Below, piece after piece: positions 18,778-26,737 of a stretch of 64,000 bases of DNA (the stretch's first letter is position 1; every line of letters begins with the position of its first letter). The notes under the pieces are model-generated. The model saw only the letters and a list, made by a program, of their open reading frames with translations, ran no database searches and was not told the origin of the DNA. Origin of the DNA: a bacterium (lineage in GTDB: Bacteria > Zhuqueibacterota > Zhuqueibacteria > Oceanimicrobiales > Oceanimicrobiaceae); contig JBHHXT010000001.1 in assembly GCA_046757165.1 (NCBI GenBank), positions 32,627 through 96,626 of the forward strand. Direction: 5' to 3'. The position numbers and the translations under genes were made by a program.

Positions 18778-18792
18778 GCAATTGTCGTACCA
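18778..18792 (-). promoter_or_regulatory. Sigma54 (RpoN) -24/-12 promoter candidate
   Basis: The minus strand reads cATGGTACGACAATTGCCg, which is TGG(T)ACG-N4-TTGC against the consensus TGGCACG-N4-TTGCW. There is one mismatch and exact GG-N10-GC spacing. It lies 43-57 nt upstream of the 18735 start, in the correct orientation, and rpoN is encoded in this window. Confidence 0.5.
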
Positions 18793-18978
18793 TGCCCCTA
18801 ACAGACCATAACCTTGTCAATAATGTAATACTTCAGTATTCGACAGGGACGTCAAACTACTTTATTAAGCCATGAGTGTATAGCTTTGCGGGGTTGGAAA
18901 TTCTGGAGAGAAATGCTCATCAGGAAGGAAGGCCGAACGGTGGCATAAAATCAATCAGTTGCCTCGAGAGGAGGGCAC

Positions 18979-19004
18979 AAAAAAACCCGGCCATCAGACC
19001 GGGT
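18979..19004 (-). terminator. Rho-independent terminator of csp
   Basis: The minus strand reads ACCCGG-tctgatgg-CCGGGT followed by T7, 23 nt after the csp stop codon. Confidence 0.8.
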
Positions 19005-19027
19005 GAATTGTCAGACAATGACACAGC

Positions 19028-19228
19028 TCAGATTTTCATCACATGAGTGGCGTGAATCCCTTTCGGTCCGTCAGCAACTTCAAACTGAACAGGGTCTCCC
19101 TGCTCGAGTGTCTTGTAGCCATCCCCTTCGATGGCTTTGTAATGCACAAAAACATCCTCGCCGTTTTCCCTGATGATGAATCCATAACCTTTGGCATTGT
19201 TGAACCATTTGACTGTACCTGTTTCCAT
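19028..19228 (-). CDS. cspA: Cold-shock protein (CspA family)
   Basis: [26 protein letters not shown] contains the RNP1/RNP2 motifs. I chose the internal ATG at 19226-19228, giving the canonical 66-aa length. Confidence 0.93.
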   Translation of the reverse strand: METGTVKWFNNAKGYGFIIRENGEDVFVHYKAIEGDGYKTLEQGDPVQFEVADGPKGIHATHVMKI

Positions 19229-19431
19229 TGAAGAAGCCCCTGCTTTTAAGGTTAATCGTTCGTACAACCAACTTCAAGCCCTTGATGCGAATTTCGACGT
19301 GGAACGGCGTAAATAGCTATATCACTCCGCGCGATAGTTGCACTCTGTCGTGAGTCAACATTAGAGAAGAATCAAAAAATGTGTTATTTGAAAGGCATTT
19401 AGAAGAGGTGCACATTACTTAAACTACCACC

Positions 19432-19459
19432 AATATAGAGCAAAAATGTCAAAAATCAA
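19432..19459 (-). promoter_or_regulatory. Sigma70-type promoter candidate for csp
   Basis: The minus strand reads TTGATT-N16-TATATT. This predicts a ~195-nt 5' leader before the csp ATG. Confidence 0.4.
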
Positions 19460-19523
19460 ACATTTTTTTCAGTTCGACCTTGTTTACACTTTACATTCTG
19501 AACTTTTTGTCTAAATTCACGCT

Positions 19524-20318
19524 ATGAATCTGGACCATAATAAGTATGGAATTGGCCCTGTGCAGCTCATTGTTCTGCATGGTCTGTTGGGTTCTGCCCG
19601 GAATTGGCACACTGTTGCACAGGAATTGGCCAAACATCATGCCGTCCTTGCGGTTTCTCTCCGAAATCACGGGCGATCTCCCCATGGTCCGCACACCATC
19701 GAATTCATGCAAGCGGACCTGCTCGAGCTGGTGAAGACTCACAACATCGACAAGTGTTTTGTGCTCGGTCATTCGATGGGAGGATTGGTTGCAATGTCTT
19801 TTGCCGTGGAAAGGCCGGAACATCTCAAAGGGCTGGTCGTCGTCGATATTGCTCCGGAGCTGAGACTGAACCGCATAGCCTGGATATTAGAAGCCATGCT
19901 CCAGGTTGACCTCTCCCGCGTCAGCCGCAAGAATGAAGCGGACAGTCAGTTAGCAGCAAGAATCCCTCATCCGGCGATGCGTCACTTTCTGTTACAGAAT
20001 CTGAAAAGGCAGGCAGATGGGCACTATGTCTGGCAATGCAACTTGCCAGAATTGTACCGATTCGTACAGCTGAGTGCACCCAACTTGTTCGCTGAAAACG
20101 AGCAGTTTCACGGTGCGACGCTTTTTATCAGTGGTGAGCGCTCAGAACAAAATCTGGCAAAAAAATCAGAGATGATACGCAAACACTTTCCAAACATGGA
20201 ATTTGTGACCGTACCCGGCGCCGGTCACTGGGTACATGTTGATGCGATGCCACAGTTTGTCGATATCGTTGCGGAATTCATCGGCAGAGATGATCCAGGA
20301 AAGGCTCTTATCTTATGA
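19524..20318 (+). CDS. Alpha/beta-fold hydrolase (esterase, YbfF-like)
   Basis: Contains HGLLGS.RNW, the nucleophile elbow GHSMGG, and a C-terminal GAGHWVH catalytic His. This is the only + strand gene in the window. Confidence 0.85.
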   Translation: MNLDHNKYGIGPVQLIVLHGLLGSARNWHTVAQELAKHHAVLAVSLRNHGRSPHGPHTIEFMQADLLELVKTHNIDKCFVLGHSMGGLVAMSFAVERPEHLKGLVVVDIAPELRLNRIAWILEAMLQVDLSRVSRKNEADSQLAARIPHPAMRHFLLQNLKRQADGHYVWQCNLPELYRFVQLSAPNLFAENEQFHGATLFISGERSEQNLAKKSEMIRKHFPNMEFVTVPGAGHWVHVDAMPQFVDIVAEFIGRDDPGKALIL

Positions 20319-20365
20319 GGTGCTGAAGCTTAAGCCAGAACCAAAGAGATTCCTTCCTGAGTTAC

Positions 20366-20446
20366 GCGGTTCCCGACCGGGGGCGGTCGGTGTACAAGCT
20401 TCAGCTTGCCGGGGTGAGGGGAAAACACGCTAAAGCGTGAACACCC
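20366..20446. repeat. Intergenic structured repeat element, copy B (81 nt)
   Basis: GCGGTTCCCGACCGGGGGCGGTCGGTGTACAAGCTTCAGCTTGCCGGGGTGAGGGGAAAACACGCTAAAGCGTGAACACCC. The 4-nt insertion completes a third hairpin, CCGACC-GGGGGC-GGTCGG. The element lies between the convergent gene ends at 20318 (+) and 20572 (-). Confidence 0.8.
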
Positions 20447-20571
20447 CAATCTTGAACACCTGAACCCGTTGAAAAGCTTAGCAAAGAATCCGTCGCTGTA
20501 GTGGCTTGACTATTCTGGTCGGCTTCACCAAGTTCCACTCAACACGGCTCCTCGACCGGCAGCAGCATGCC

Positions 20572-21738
20572 TTACTCCGAGCATTTGAGCGTCTTAATCT
20601 CAGCGCGACTCATGGCGTCATCCACAAGAGCAGGGGTCACGAGCTCCCTTTCGGCGTCTGCGAGGCTTCTGGGATGGGCTTTGGTGGCAGGATTGTCGGG
20701 TACAAAGAGCGTACAGCAATCCTCGTACGGCGCAATGGAAATCTCATACGTCCCGACTCTCTTAGCCAGCTCCACTATCTCCTGCTTATCGAAACCCGCA
20801 AGTGGACGCAGAATTGGCAACGACGTCACTTCGCCCACGACGCGAATATTACTTAGCGTCTGCGACGCAACCTGGGCGACGTTTTCACCCGTCACCAGGG
20901 CGCGTGCCTTCTCGAGCCGCGCGATTCGCTCGGACAGCCGGACCATGTACCGGCGATACAGCAGCACGCGCAGCTCAGACGGAGCCTTCGCCATGATTTC
21001 TTTCTGAATGTCGATGAAGGGAATGAAATAGACTTTTGAGGTGAATTGATACTGGTTCAAAACCTGCACGATTCGTTCAGTATTCTCCTGGGAGGCTGGA
21101 TTCGTAAATGGCTGGCTATGAAAATGAGCGTAGATGAGATTGACCCCACGTTTCAACATCAGGTACGACGCCACCGGTGAATCGATGCCGGAAGAAAGCA
21201 AACAAACTGCTCGCTCGCTGACCCCGACAGGCAGGCCCCGTATTCCTTGAATTTTCCGGGTATAAAGAAAAATGCTGCTTTCGGTCACCTCCACAAACAA
21301 AGTCGCCTGTGGATTCGACAGATCGACTCTCTTCTGGCACTTTTCATAAATGTAGGCACCAACCTCCTGGTTGATCTGCATGGAATTAAAAGGGAAATCC
21401 TTTTGAGCACGGCGAGCTTCGACCCTGAAGGAGTCGAAGTTCATGTCCCGAAGCAATTCCCATCCCACTTCTTTGATGGCATCCAGGTCTTTAGGCACCT
21501 CCACCCCGAAGCCAAAATTCGCGATGCCAAAGACGCGGCGCAAACGCGCTTCTGCATCGCACTCGCCAGCATCACACGTCAGGTGAATAATCACGCGTCC
21601 CCGCTGCCGCTTGATGGCATCAATGGAGCCTCGTGGCAGGACTCGCTTGATGTTCCTGATGAGCTGTTTTTCAAAAAAGACGCGGTTTTCGCCCTTAAGG
21701 GCAATCTCCCCATAGTGGACGACAACAATATGCTGCAT
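20572..21738 (-). CDS. thiI: tRNA 4-thiouridine(8) synthase ThiI (short form, no rhodanese domain)
   Basis: MQHIVVVHYGEIALKGENR shows the N-terminal ferredoxin-like/THUMP pattern. PP-loop LLSSGIDSPVA. I chose the ATG at 21736-21738 so that the gene does not overlap the upstream gene. Confidence 0.85.
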   Translation of the reverse strand: MQHIVVVHYGEIALKGENRVFFEKQLIRNIKRVLPRGSIDAIKRQRGRVIIHLTCDAGECDAEARLRRVFGIANFGFGVEVPKDLDAIKEVGWELLRDMNFDSFRVEARRAQKDFPFNSMQINQEVGAYIYEKCQKRVDLSNPQATLFVEVTESSIFLYTRKIQGIRGLPVGVSERAVCLLSSGIDSPVASYLMLKRGVNLIYAHFHSQPFTNPASQENTERIVQVLNQYQFTSKVYFIPFIDIQKEIMAKAPSELRVLLYRRYMVRLSERIARLEKARALVTGENVAQVASQTLSNIRVVGEVTSLPILRPLAGFDKQEIVELAKRVGTYEISIAPYEDCCTLFVPDNPATKAHPRSLADAERELVTPALVDDAMSRAEIKTLKCSE

Positions 21739-21770
21739 ACCTACGTGTGCTTTTCGGACCGTGCAATTGC

Positions 21771-22496
21771 TCAACTCAGGTCGCTCAATTGCTGGCGTGC
21801 CAGTTTGTGCTTCGCATTGTTCTTCAACGCCGATTTGAACATCTTCTTCGCCTTTTCCTCGCGGCCGCACGCCACATAATACTGGCCGACGGAAAAGTAG
21901 AGGTCATCCAGACCTGTGCCGCTGCCAAAGTGCTCAACCAACTGCACAGCGTTCTTGCCAAAGTGTCTTTTCGTCATCTCCGGATTTTCGAGCAGGAGCG
22001 TCAACAACAAAACGTTGTCGGTGTTGCGAGTGATGAGTGACTCGAGAATCTTGATCCCCTCATCAAACAACACATCGATGAGCTCTAGCTGATTCTTCAG
22101 GTTTTCGCTGTTCTTTTGAAAGGTTTCGCTTTCCTCAACATAATGCTCAATGACATACTTTAATTCGCGCGCAACCAGAAGTTTGTGAAAGAGCAGTCCG
22201 ATGTTGTTCATGAATTCCAATTCTATTTCATCGGGTACGAACTTGTTTGCTTTCTCGAACCTGCTTTTTCGGGGGTCCTGCAAGCGCTTGTATAACTGAT
22301 GGTGTTCTTCCTTTGCCTCATAGAGGATGTCGCAAAGCTCGCGCAGCTTCGCAAACGAAAGAAACGTTCCCCGTTTCACCATCCGGTTGTATTTCTTGAA
22401 CCTGTCCCGCCCTTCCAGGTAAAGCATGATCATGTTGCGAATCTTCCACTTCTTTATGCGTTTCAGGTACGGCTTCACTGCGGCGTCATCTGACAT
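21771..22496 (-). CDS. Hypothetical all-alpha cytoplasmic protein (241 aa), TPR-like C-terminus
   Basis: An ORF packed tightly between the M61 peptidase and thiI genes. It is rich in K, E and L and I recognise no motif. The C-terminus YFSVGQYYVACGREEKAKKMFKSALKNN is TPR-like. Confidence 0.6.
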   Translation of the reverse strand: MSDDAAVKPYLKRIKKWKIRNMIMLYLEGRDRFKKYNRMVKRGTFLSFAKLRELCDILYEAKEEHHQLYKRLQDPRKSRFEKANKFVPDEIELEFMNNIGLLFHKLLVARELKYVIEHYVEESETFQKNSENLKNQLELIDVLFDEGIKILESLITRNTDNVLLLTLLLENPEMTKRHFGKNAVQLVEHFGSGTGLDDLYFSVGQYYVACGREEKAKKMFKSALKNNAKHKLARQQLSDLS

Positions 22497-22527
22497 AATA
22501 ACCTTCCAACAACATTTGTTTTAGAAA

Positions 22528-24384
22528 TCAATCACCCGTACTGCTTTTGTCGTCTGCGGAGTCAGGAGTGGCGACCCCGGTCCAGCCTTCCATCCAACCT
22601 CTCCAGATGATCGTTTGCACCGGGGAGAGATGGGACACCGTATGAATATCACACTCTACGGTCCTTTGTTCTCCAACCTGCGCCGGTAGTTCCAGCTCTT
22701 GCCCTTTTCTCGAGATTCTCACAACGACCCTTTGACCTGTCGTCATTTTGCTCACTTCTTGCAGCCATTCGCTCAGGGAGCCGATTCGAACACTGTCGAG
22801 CGCCACCAGGTAGTCATCTCGTCGCAAACCGGCCTTTTCGACCGGGCTGGAGCGCTCGACCGAGACCACTCGATTGTTGGGGCCGACAAATACAACCTCA
22901 CCGAGATGAGGCAGAAAGGACTCTTCGAGTGAGACTCCCATGCCGGCAAAAGCGAAAAACTTCTGGTAAGGAAGCTCACGTGTGCCGGCGACGTAATTGT
23001 CAAAAAACTCCGAGAAATCGCTCTCGCTTATCTCGTTCACGATGGCCTCGACATCGTCTTTTGTAAACCCGAGCTGCTTCTTCCCAAACCGCTCATTCAT
23101 GGTTCTCAATACATCATCCAGGCTCGCCCGATTGGAGGTTCGGTGCCGGATTTCGAGATCCAGAAGAACCCCCAAAATTTCCCCTTTGTTGTAGAAGGAA
23201 ACGCCCGGATGACCGTAACCTCTTTCCCAGATGTCCCAGCTTGCCTCCTCGACACTCACCTCCTTACGCTCATCGGTCTTCTGCAATCGCTCTATTTGGC
23301 GCGCCAACTCATCGAAGAATGCTCGCTCGTCCCACAAGCCGGTCCGCACGAGGGTGAGCGCCTCATAGTAGCTTGTTACACCTTCGGCAAACCAGAGTGT
23401 CCGTGTACGTTCCTCGGTGTCGTAGTCCAACACTTCAAACACCTTTGGATGAATTCGTTTGACATTCCAGACGTGAAAGAACTCGTGGGCTGTAACTTCA
23501 GCAGCGCTCATCACACTTGCCGTCAAAAGCTCGCTCGCCAGACCAATGGTGGTGGAATTGCTATGTTCGAGCCCACCGCCGCTGCGGTAGCCGGGCAAAA
23601 GGTTGTAAAAGAAGACGTACCTGTCAAATGGGATCTCACCGAAGAAATCAACCTGGTATCGGCAGATCTTTTCGACCATGTTCGAGAACTTGTGCCGCGA
23701 AAAACGTATCGGGCCGTGAAAGATCAACTCCACCTGCGCCTCGCCGAGTTGTAGTGACTGCCGGTCGAATTTGCCTAGCTGGGCCGGCGAATCGATGAGG
23801 ACATCGTAGTCTCTGGCGTAAAACACGCCCGACGCCTGGTCACGAGCCAGCGGCGAGGCAATATCCCATCCGTCCGGCACCTCATAACTGACTGAAACAG
23901 GCCGGTGTTTCTGGCCGTCGACATACATGAAGACGCTCGGGCCTTCCACCAGAACATACGACGAGTCCTGACCGGCGCCGGACCACGGCTGGTAGGCTTG
24001 CTCCACTTCATACTCCACCACGAGTGAATCGCCATGCACATCAACCCGCCACCCATCCTTCCCCACCTGCTCGAACGTCAACTCTCGACCTGCGACATCG
24101 AAGGCACGAAAGGCCTCCACATTCTGCGCGTAGTCCCGGATTCGGTAAGAGCCGGGAGACCAACGAGGCATGCGCACTGTGACTTCTTCTCGGCTGATGC
24201 CGCTAATCTCTATTCTCACCTTCGACTGTCCGGGATCACTTTCGTTCACGGTGTAGCTGTAGTTGATTTTGCTGTAACTTGCTGGCGTGTCCTGGATAGT
24301 ACTTCGGACAACAGTTCCGCTCAAAACCGCCAGAACAATATAGGCAACTCGTCTGAACTTTTTCATCTGGAGAAAGGATTTCAT
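22528..24384 (-). CDS. M61 family glycyl aminopeptidase with C-terminal PDZ domain
   Basis: Zinc motif HEFFHVWNVKR. PDZ-like GLRRDDYLVALDSVRIGS. Signal-like MKKFRRVAYIVLAVLSG. The start is uncertain (TTG 24417, ATG 24384 or ATG 24366). Confidence 0.85.
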   Translation of the reverse strand: MKSFLQMKKFRRVAYIVLAVLSGTVVRSTIQDTPASYSKINYSYTVNESDPGQSKVRIEISGISREEVTVRMPRWSPGSYRIRDYAQNVEAFRAFDVAGRELTFEQVGKDGWRVDVHGDSLVVEYEVEQAYQPWSGAGQDSSYVLVEGPSVFMYVDGQKHRPVSVSYEVPDGWDIASPLARDQASGVFYARDYDVLIDSPAQLGKFDRQSLQLGEAQVELIFHGPIRFSRHKFSNMVEKICRYQVDFFGEIPFDRYVFFYNLLPGYRSGGGLEHSNSTTIGLASELLTASVMSAAEVTAHEFFHVWNVKRIHPKVFEVLDYDTEERTRTLWFAEGVTSYYEALTLVRTGLWDERAFFDELARQIERLQKTDERKEVSVEEASWDIWERGYGHPGVSFYNKGEILGVLLDLEIRHRTSNRASLDDVLRTMNERFGKKQLGFTKDDVEAIVNEISESDFSEFFDNYVAGTRELPYQKFFAFAGMGVSLEESFLPHLGEVVFVGPNNRVVSVERSSPVEKAGLRRDDYLVALDSVRIGSLSEWLQEVSKMTTGQRVVVRISRKGQELELPAQVGEQRTVECDIHTVSHLSPVQTIIWRGWMEGWTGVATPDSADDKSSTGD

Positions 24385-24563
24385 TTGTGTCCGGGCACAA
24401 CCCCATAAATACTTCAAAGCTACGCCGTTCGCCCCAAAAACGCAAGCCTTTTTCAGGAGACGAGTGCATTGCTCACAGAAAAGAAGTCGTCAGGCCCTTT
24501 ACGTCTTGACTGGAGTCTGCGCCCAGTAGAGATGGCCCTGCGGGCAGGAAAAGGTAGAATATT

Positions 24564-24633
24564 CCACACGGATAAAAAACCCACACGGATTTTTTGTTAG
24601 AGAATTTTCCGTGTGGGTTTTTTATCCGTGTGG
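24564..24633. terminator. 26-bp perfect inverted repeat forming a bidirectional intrinsic terminator after the S8 peptidase gene
   Basis: The arms CCACACGGATAAAAAACCCACACGGA (24564-24589) and TCCGTGTGGGTTTTTTATCCGTGTGG (24608-24633) flank an 18-nt loop. The inner stem CCCACACGGA/TCCGTGTGGG is followed by T6 on either strand. Confidence 0.75.
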
Positions 24634-24672
24634 ACCAAACATCGCAAAGTTTTGTCGATAGGGCGCTTCAGA

Positions 24673-26667
24673 TCAGTTTTTCTTTCGCTTCGATCTTAAC
24701 CGAATGGCAAAGATGGGCAGTAAGAAAAATCCAATATTGACCAGGGCGTTCAAAGGCGTTTGCAGGGAACGGTTGTCAATCGCCAGCTCGACTGCCGGCT
24801 TGCCGCAACACCCACCGCCGTTGCTTGGTTCTGCAATCGAAAAGGTGTGGTTGCTGTCTTTTGTTGAATTTCCCTCATCATCTGTGGCGCTCACAAAATA
24901 CAGGATAGTGCTTCCCAGCGGTTGGCCAGGAATATCACCGCGATAATGGTCGCTGCCTGTCGCGCTCATGTCCAGCGTCACCGCCTCTTGCCCGGTCATC
25001 TGATACGTCAAAGTCGCACTCGTGATGGTGGACTCGGAGTCGTCCAGAATGTCGGCTTCGACAACGTACGGTCCCACCACGTCGAGCGTGTTTCCCAGGC
25101 GCGTCGTGCGCGCAATGATCGGGCTGGTCGACATGGCCTTGAAGACATTGAGCCGACCGCCACTGGCAACCTTGTCAGCGTAGTTGATGCTCCTGTCCAC
25201 CGAGCCGAGCAGGCGGATGATGATCCGATTCATGCTCAACTGTGGAAACTGTGCCCAAATCAAACCAGCCGCACCGCTGACATGGGGGGTGGCCATCGAG
25301 GTGCCACTGAGGGTCTCGTACCGTCCTCTGGCAACCGTACTCACGATGTTGTTTCCAGGCGCGGACAGGTCGACGGTGTTCTTGCCGAAGTTGGAAAAAC
25401 CAGCCAACCGGTCGCTACTGGTGTTGGCCGCTACCGAAATGACGTTTGCCACCTCGTAGTTGGCCGGATAAGTCGGCGCCCGGTCGTTATTGCTGAAGTC
25501 GTTGCCGGCGGCCGCCACAAACAGGACGCCATTGTCGTTGGCGAACTTGATGGCGTCTTCCAAAGCGCGCGACTTGCCGCCGCCGCCCCAACTGTTGCTC
25601 AAGACCCTGGCGCCCATCCTTGTGCCATAGATGATGGCTTCGACGGCGTCATCGGTGGTACCGCTGCCATTTCCGTCCAAAAACTTCAACGGCATGATCG
25701 AAACGTTCCAGTTGACGCCGACGACGCCCTTGTTGTTGTCACCGACTGCGCCAATGGTGCCGGAAACATGGGTGCCGTGGTCGTTGTCGTCGAACGGGTT
25801 GTTGTCATCGTTGATAAAATCCCAGCCCCGAAAGTCGTCAACAAAGCCGTTGCCATCATCGTCCACACCGTTGCTTTCCTTGCCGCCGCCGCTTTCACCG
25901 GTATTGCTCCAGATGTTGTCTTTGAGGTCAGGATGATCGGTGTCGACGCCGGTGTCAATAACGCCAACGATGACGGATTTACTGCCTTTCTGCAAGTCCC
26001 AGGCCTCCGGGGCGTCGATCTGCCGCATGCCATAGAGATCGTTGAAGCGCGGATCGTTTGGAACGATGGACGCTTTGTAGATGTAGTTCGGCTCGGCGTA
26101 CTCCACTGTCGAAATGGCCCGGCATTCTTCGATCGTCTTCAGAACCGATTTTTTGCTTGTGATATTACATTGCAGAGCCGAGATCTCATCGAAACGCTTG
26201 ACGACCTGAATCCCGACACTTGACAACAGGTTGTCAACCGATCTCGGCGCCTGATCAGTCTTGAATTTAATGATCACTTCACCTGGCATAAATTCCGCAG
26301 TTTCTGCTTGTACTGCCAGCGCCGGCTCAGCGCTGCTCTCAACAGGTGGCTCCTCCGCAGCCAAAGCACGCACGGTCTGAGTTGGCTCAGCATACTCGAC
26401 AAAGCCCACGTTGCTGCAAAGCTTGACCACCTCCATGACAGATTGGTCTTCTGCAACTCTGAAGACGTCAACGCTGATCTCATCGATCGACCTGACTTTG
26501 ACCAAACCCAGGCTTGAAGTGAAAGAATCGATCTCACTGACCGTCGCACCTTCTTTGAATTTGATCATGACTTCATCGGTCTTTTCCCTGCCAAACGATG
26601 GCACCTGGAGCACCGCCGAGCATAAGACGCAAATCAAACCTATGATCAACTTTTCTTGGAGACGCAT
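24673..26667 (-). CDS. Secreted subtilisin-like serine peptidase (S8) with two I9-like propeptide domains and an unusual C-terminal Cys-rich/TM/basic tail
   Basis: Catalytic triad contexts VGVIDTGVDTDHPDL, HGTHVSGTIGA and SGTSMATPHVSGAAGL. The start ATG at 26665-26667 is preceded by an AAGGAGGAG SD. C-terminus ..NGGGCCGKP..(20 aa)..LVNIGFFLLPIFAIRLRSKRKKN. Confidence 0.9.
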   Translation of the reverse strand: MRLQEKLIIGLICVLCSAVLQVPSFGREKTDEVMIKFKEGATVSEIDSFTSSLGLVKVRSIDEISVDVFRVAEDQSVMEVVKLCSNVGFVEYAEPTQTVRALAAEEPPVESSAEPALAVQAETAEFMPGEVIIKFKTDQAPRSVDNLLSSVGIQVVKRFDEISALQCNITSKKSVLKTIEECRAISTVEYAEPNYIYKASIVPNDPRFNDLYGMRQIDAPEAWDLQKGSKSVIVGVIDTGVDTDHPDLKDNIWSNTGESGGGKESNGVDDDGNGFVDDFRGWDFINDDNNPFDDNDHGTHVSGTIGAVGDNNKGVVGVNWNVSIMPLKFLDGNGSGTTDDAVEAIIYGTRMGARVLSNSWGGGGKSRALEDAIKFANDNGVLFVAAAGNDFSNNDRAPTYPANYEVANVISVAANTSSDRLAGFSNFGKNTVDLSAPGNNIVSTVARGRYETLSGTSMATPHVSGAAGLIWAQFPQLSMNRIIIRLLGSVDRSINYADKVASGGRLNVFKAMSTSPIIARTTRLGNTLDVVGPYVVEADILDDSESTITSATLTYQMTGQEAVTLDMSATGSDHYRGDIPGQPLGSTILYFVSATDDEGNSTKDSNHTFSIAEPSNGGGCCGKPAVELAIDNRSLQTPLNALVNIGFFLLPIFAIRLRSKRKKN

Positions 26668-26737
26668 AACTCCTCCTTCCTTGTGATTAGTTGTTAACAA
26701 CCCCTGTTAATTTGAAGAATAGCATTAAGAGAAAAAA

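Noticed and set aside
24922-26223. A 433-aa + strand ORF opposite the S8 peptidase. Similar long antisense ORFs occur at 17905..18645, 21247..21879, 28847..29503, 32006..32857, 46264..46935, 53313..54068, 55780..56979 and 60419..61423.
   Set aside because: The opposite strand in each case encodes a protein with unmistakable family motifs (S8 triad, secY, rpoA/rplQ, tatC, hutI, argF and so on). The + strand products are R/G/H-rich with no motifs and no SD.
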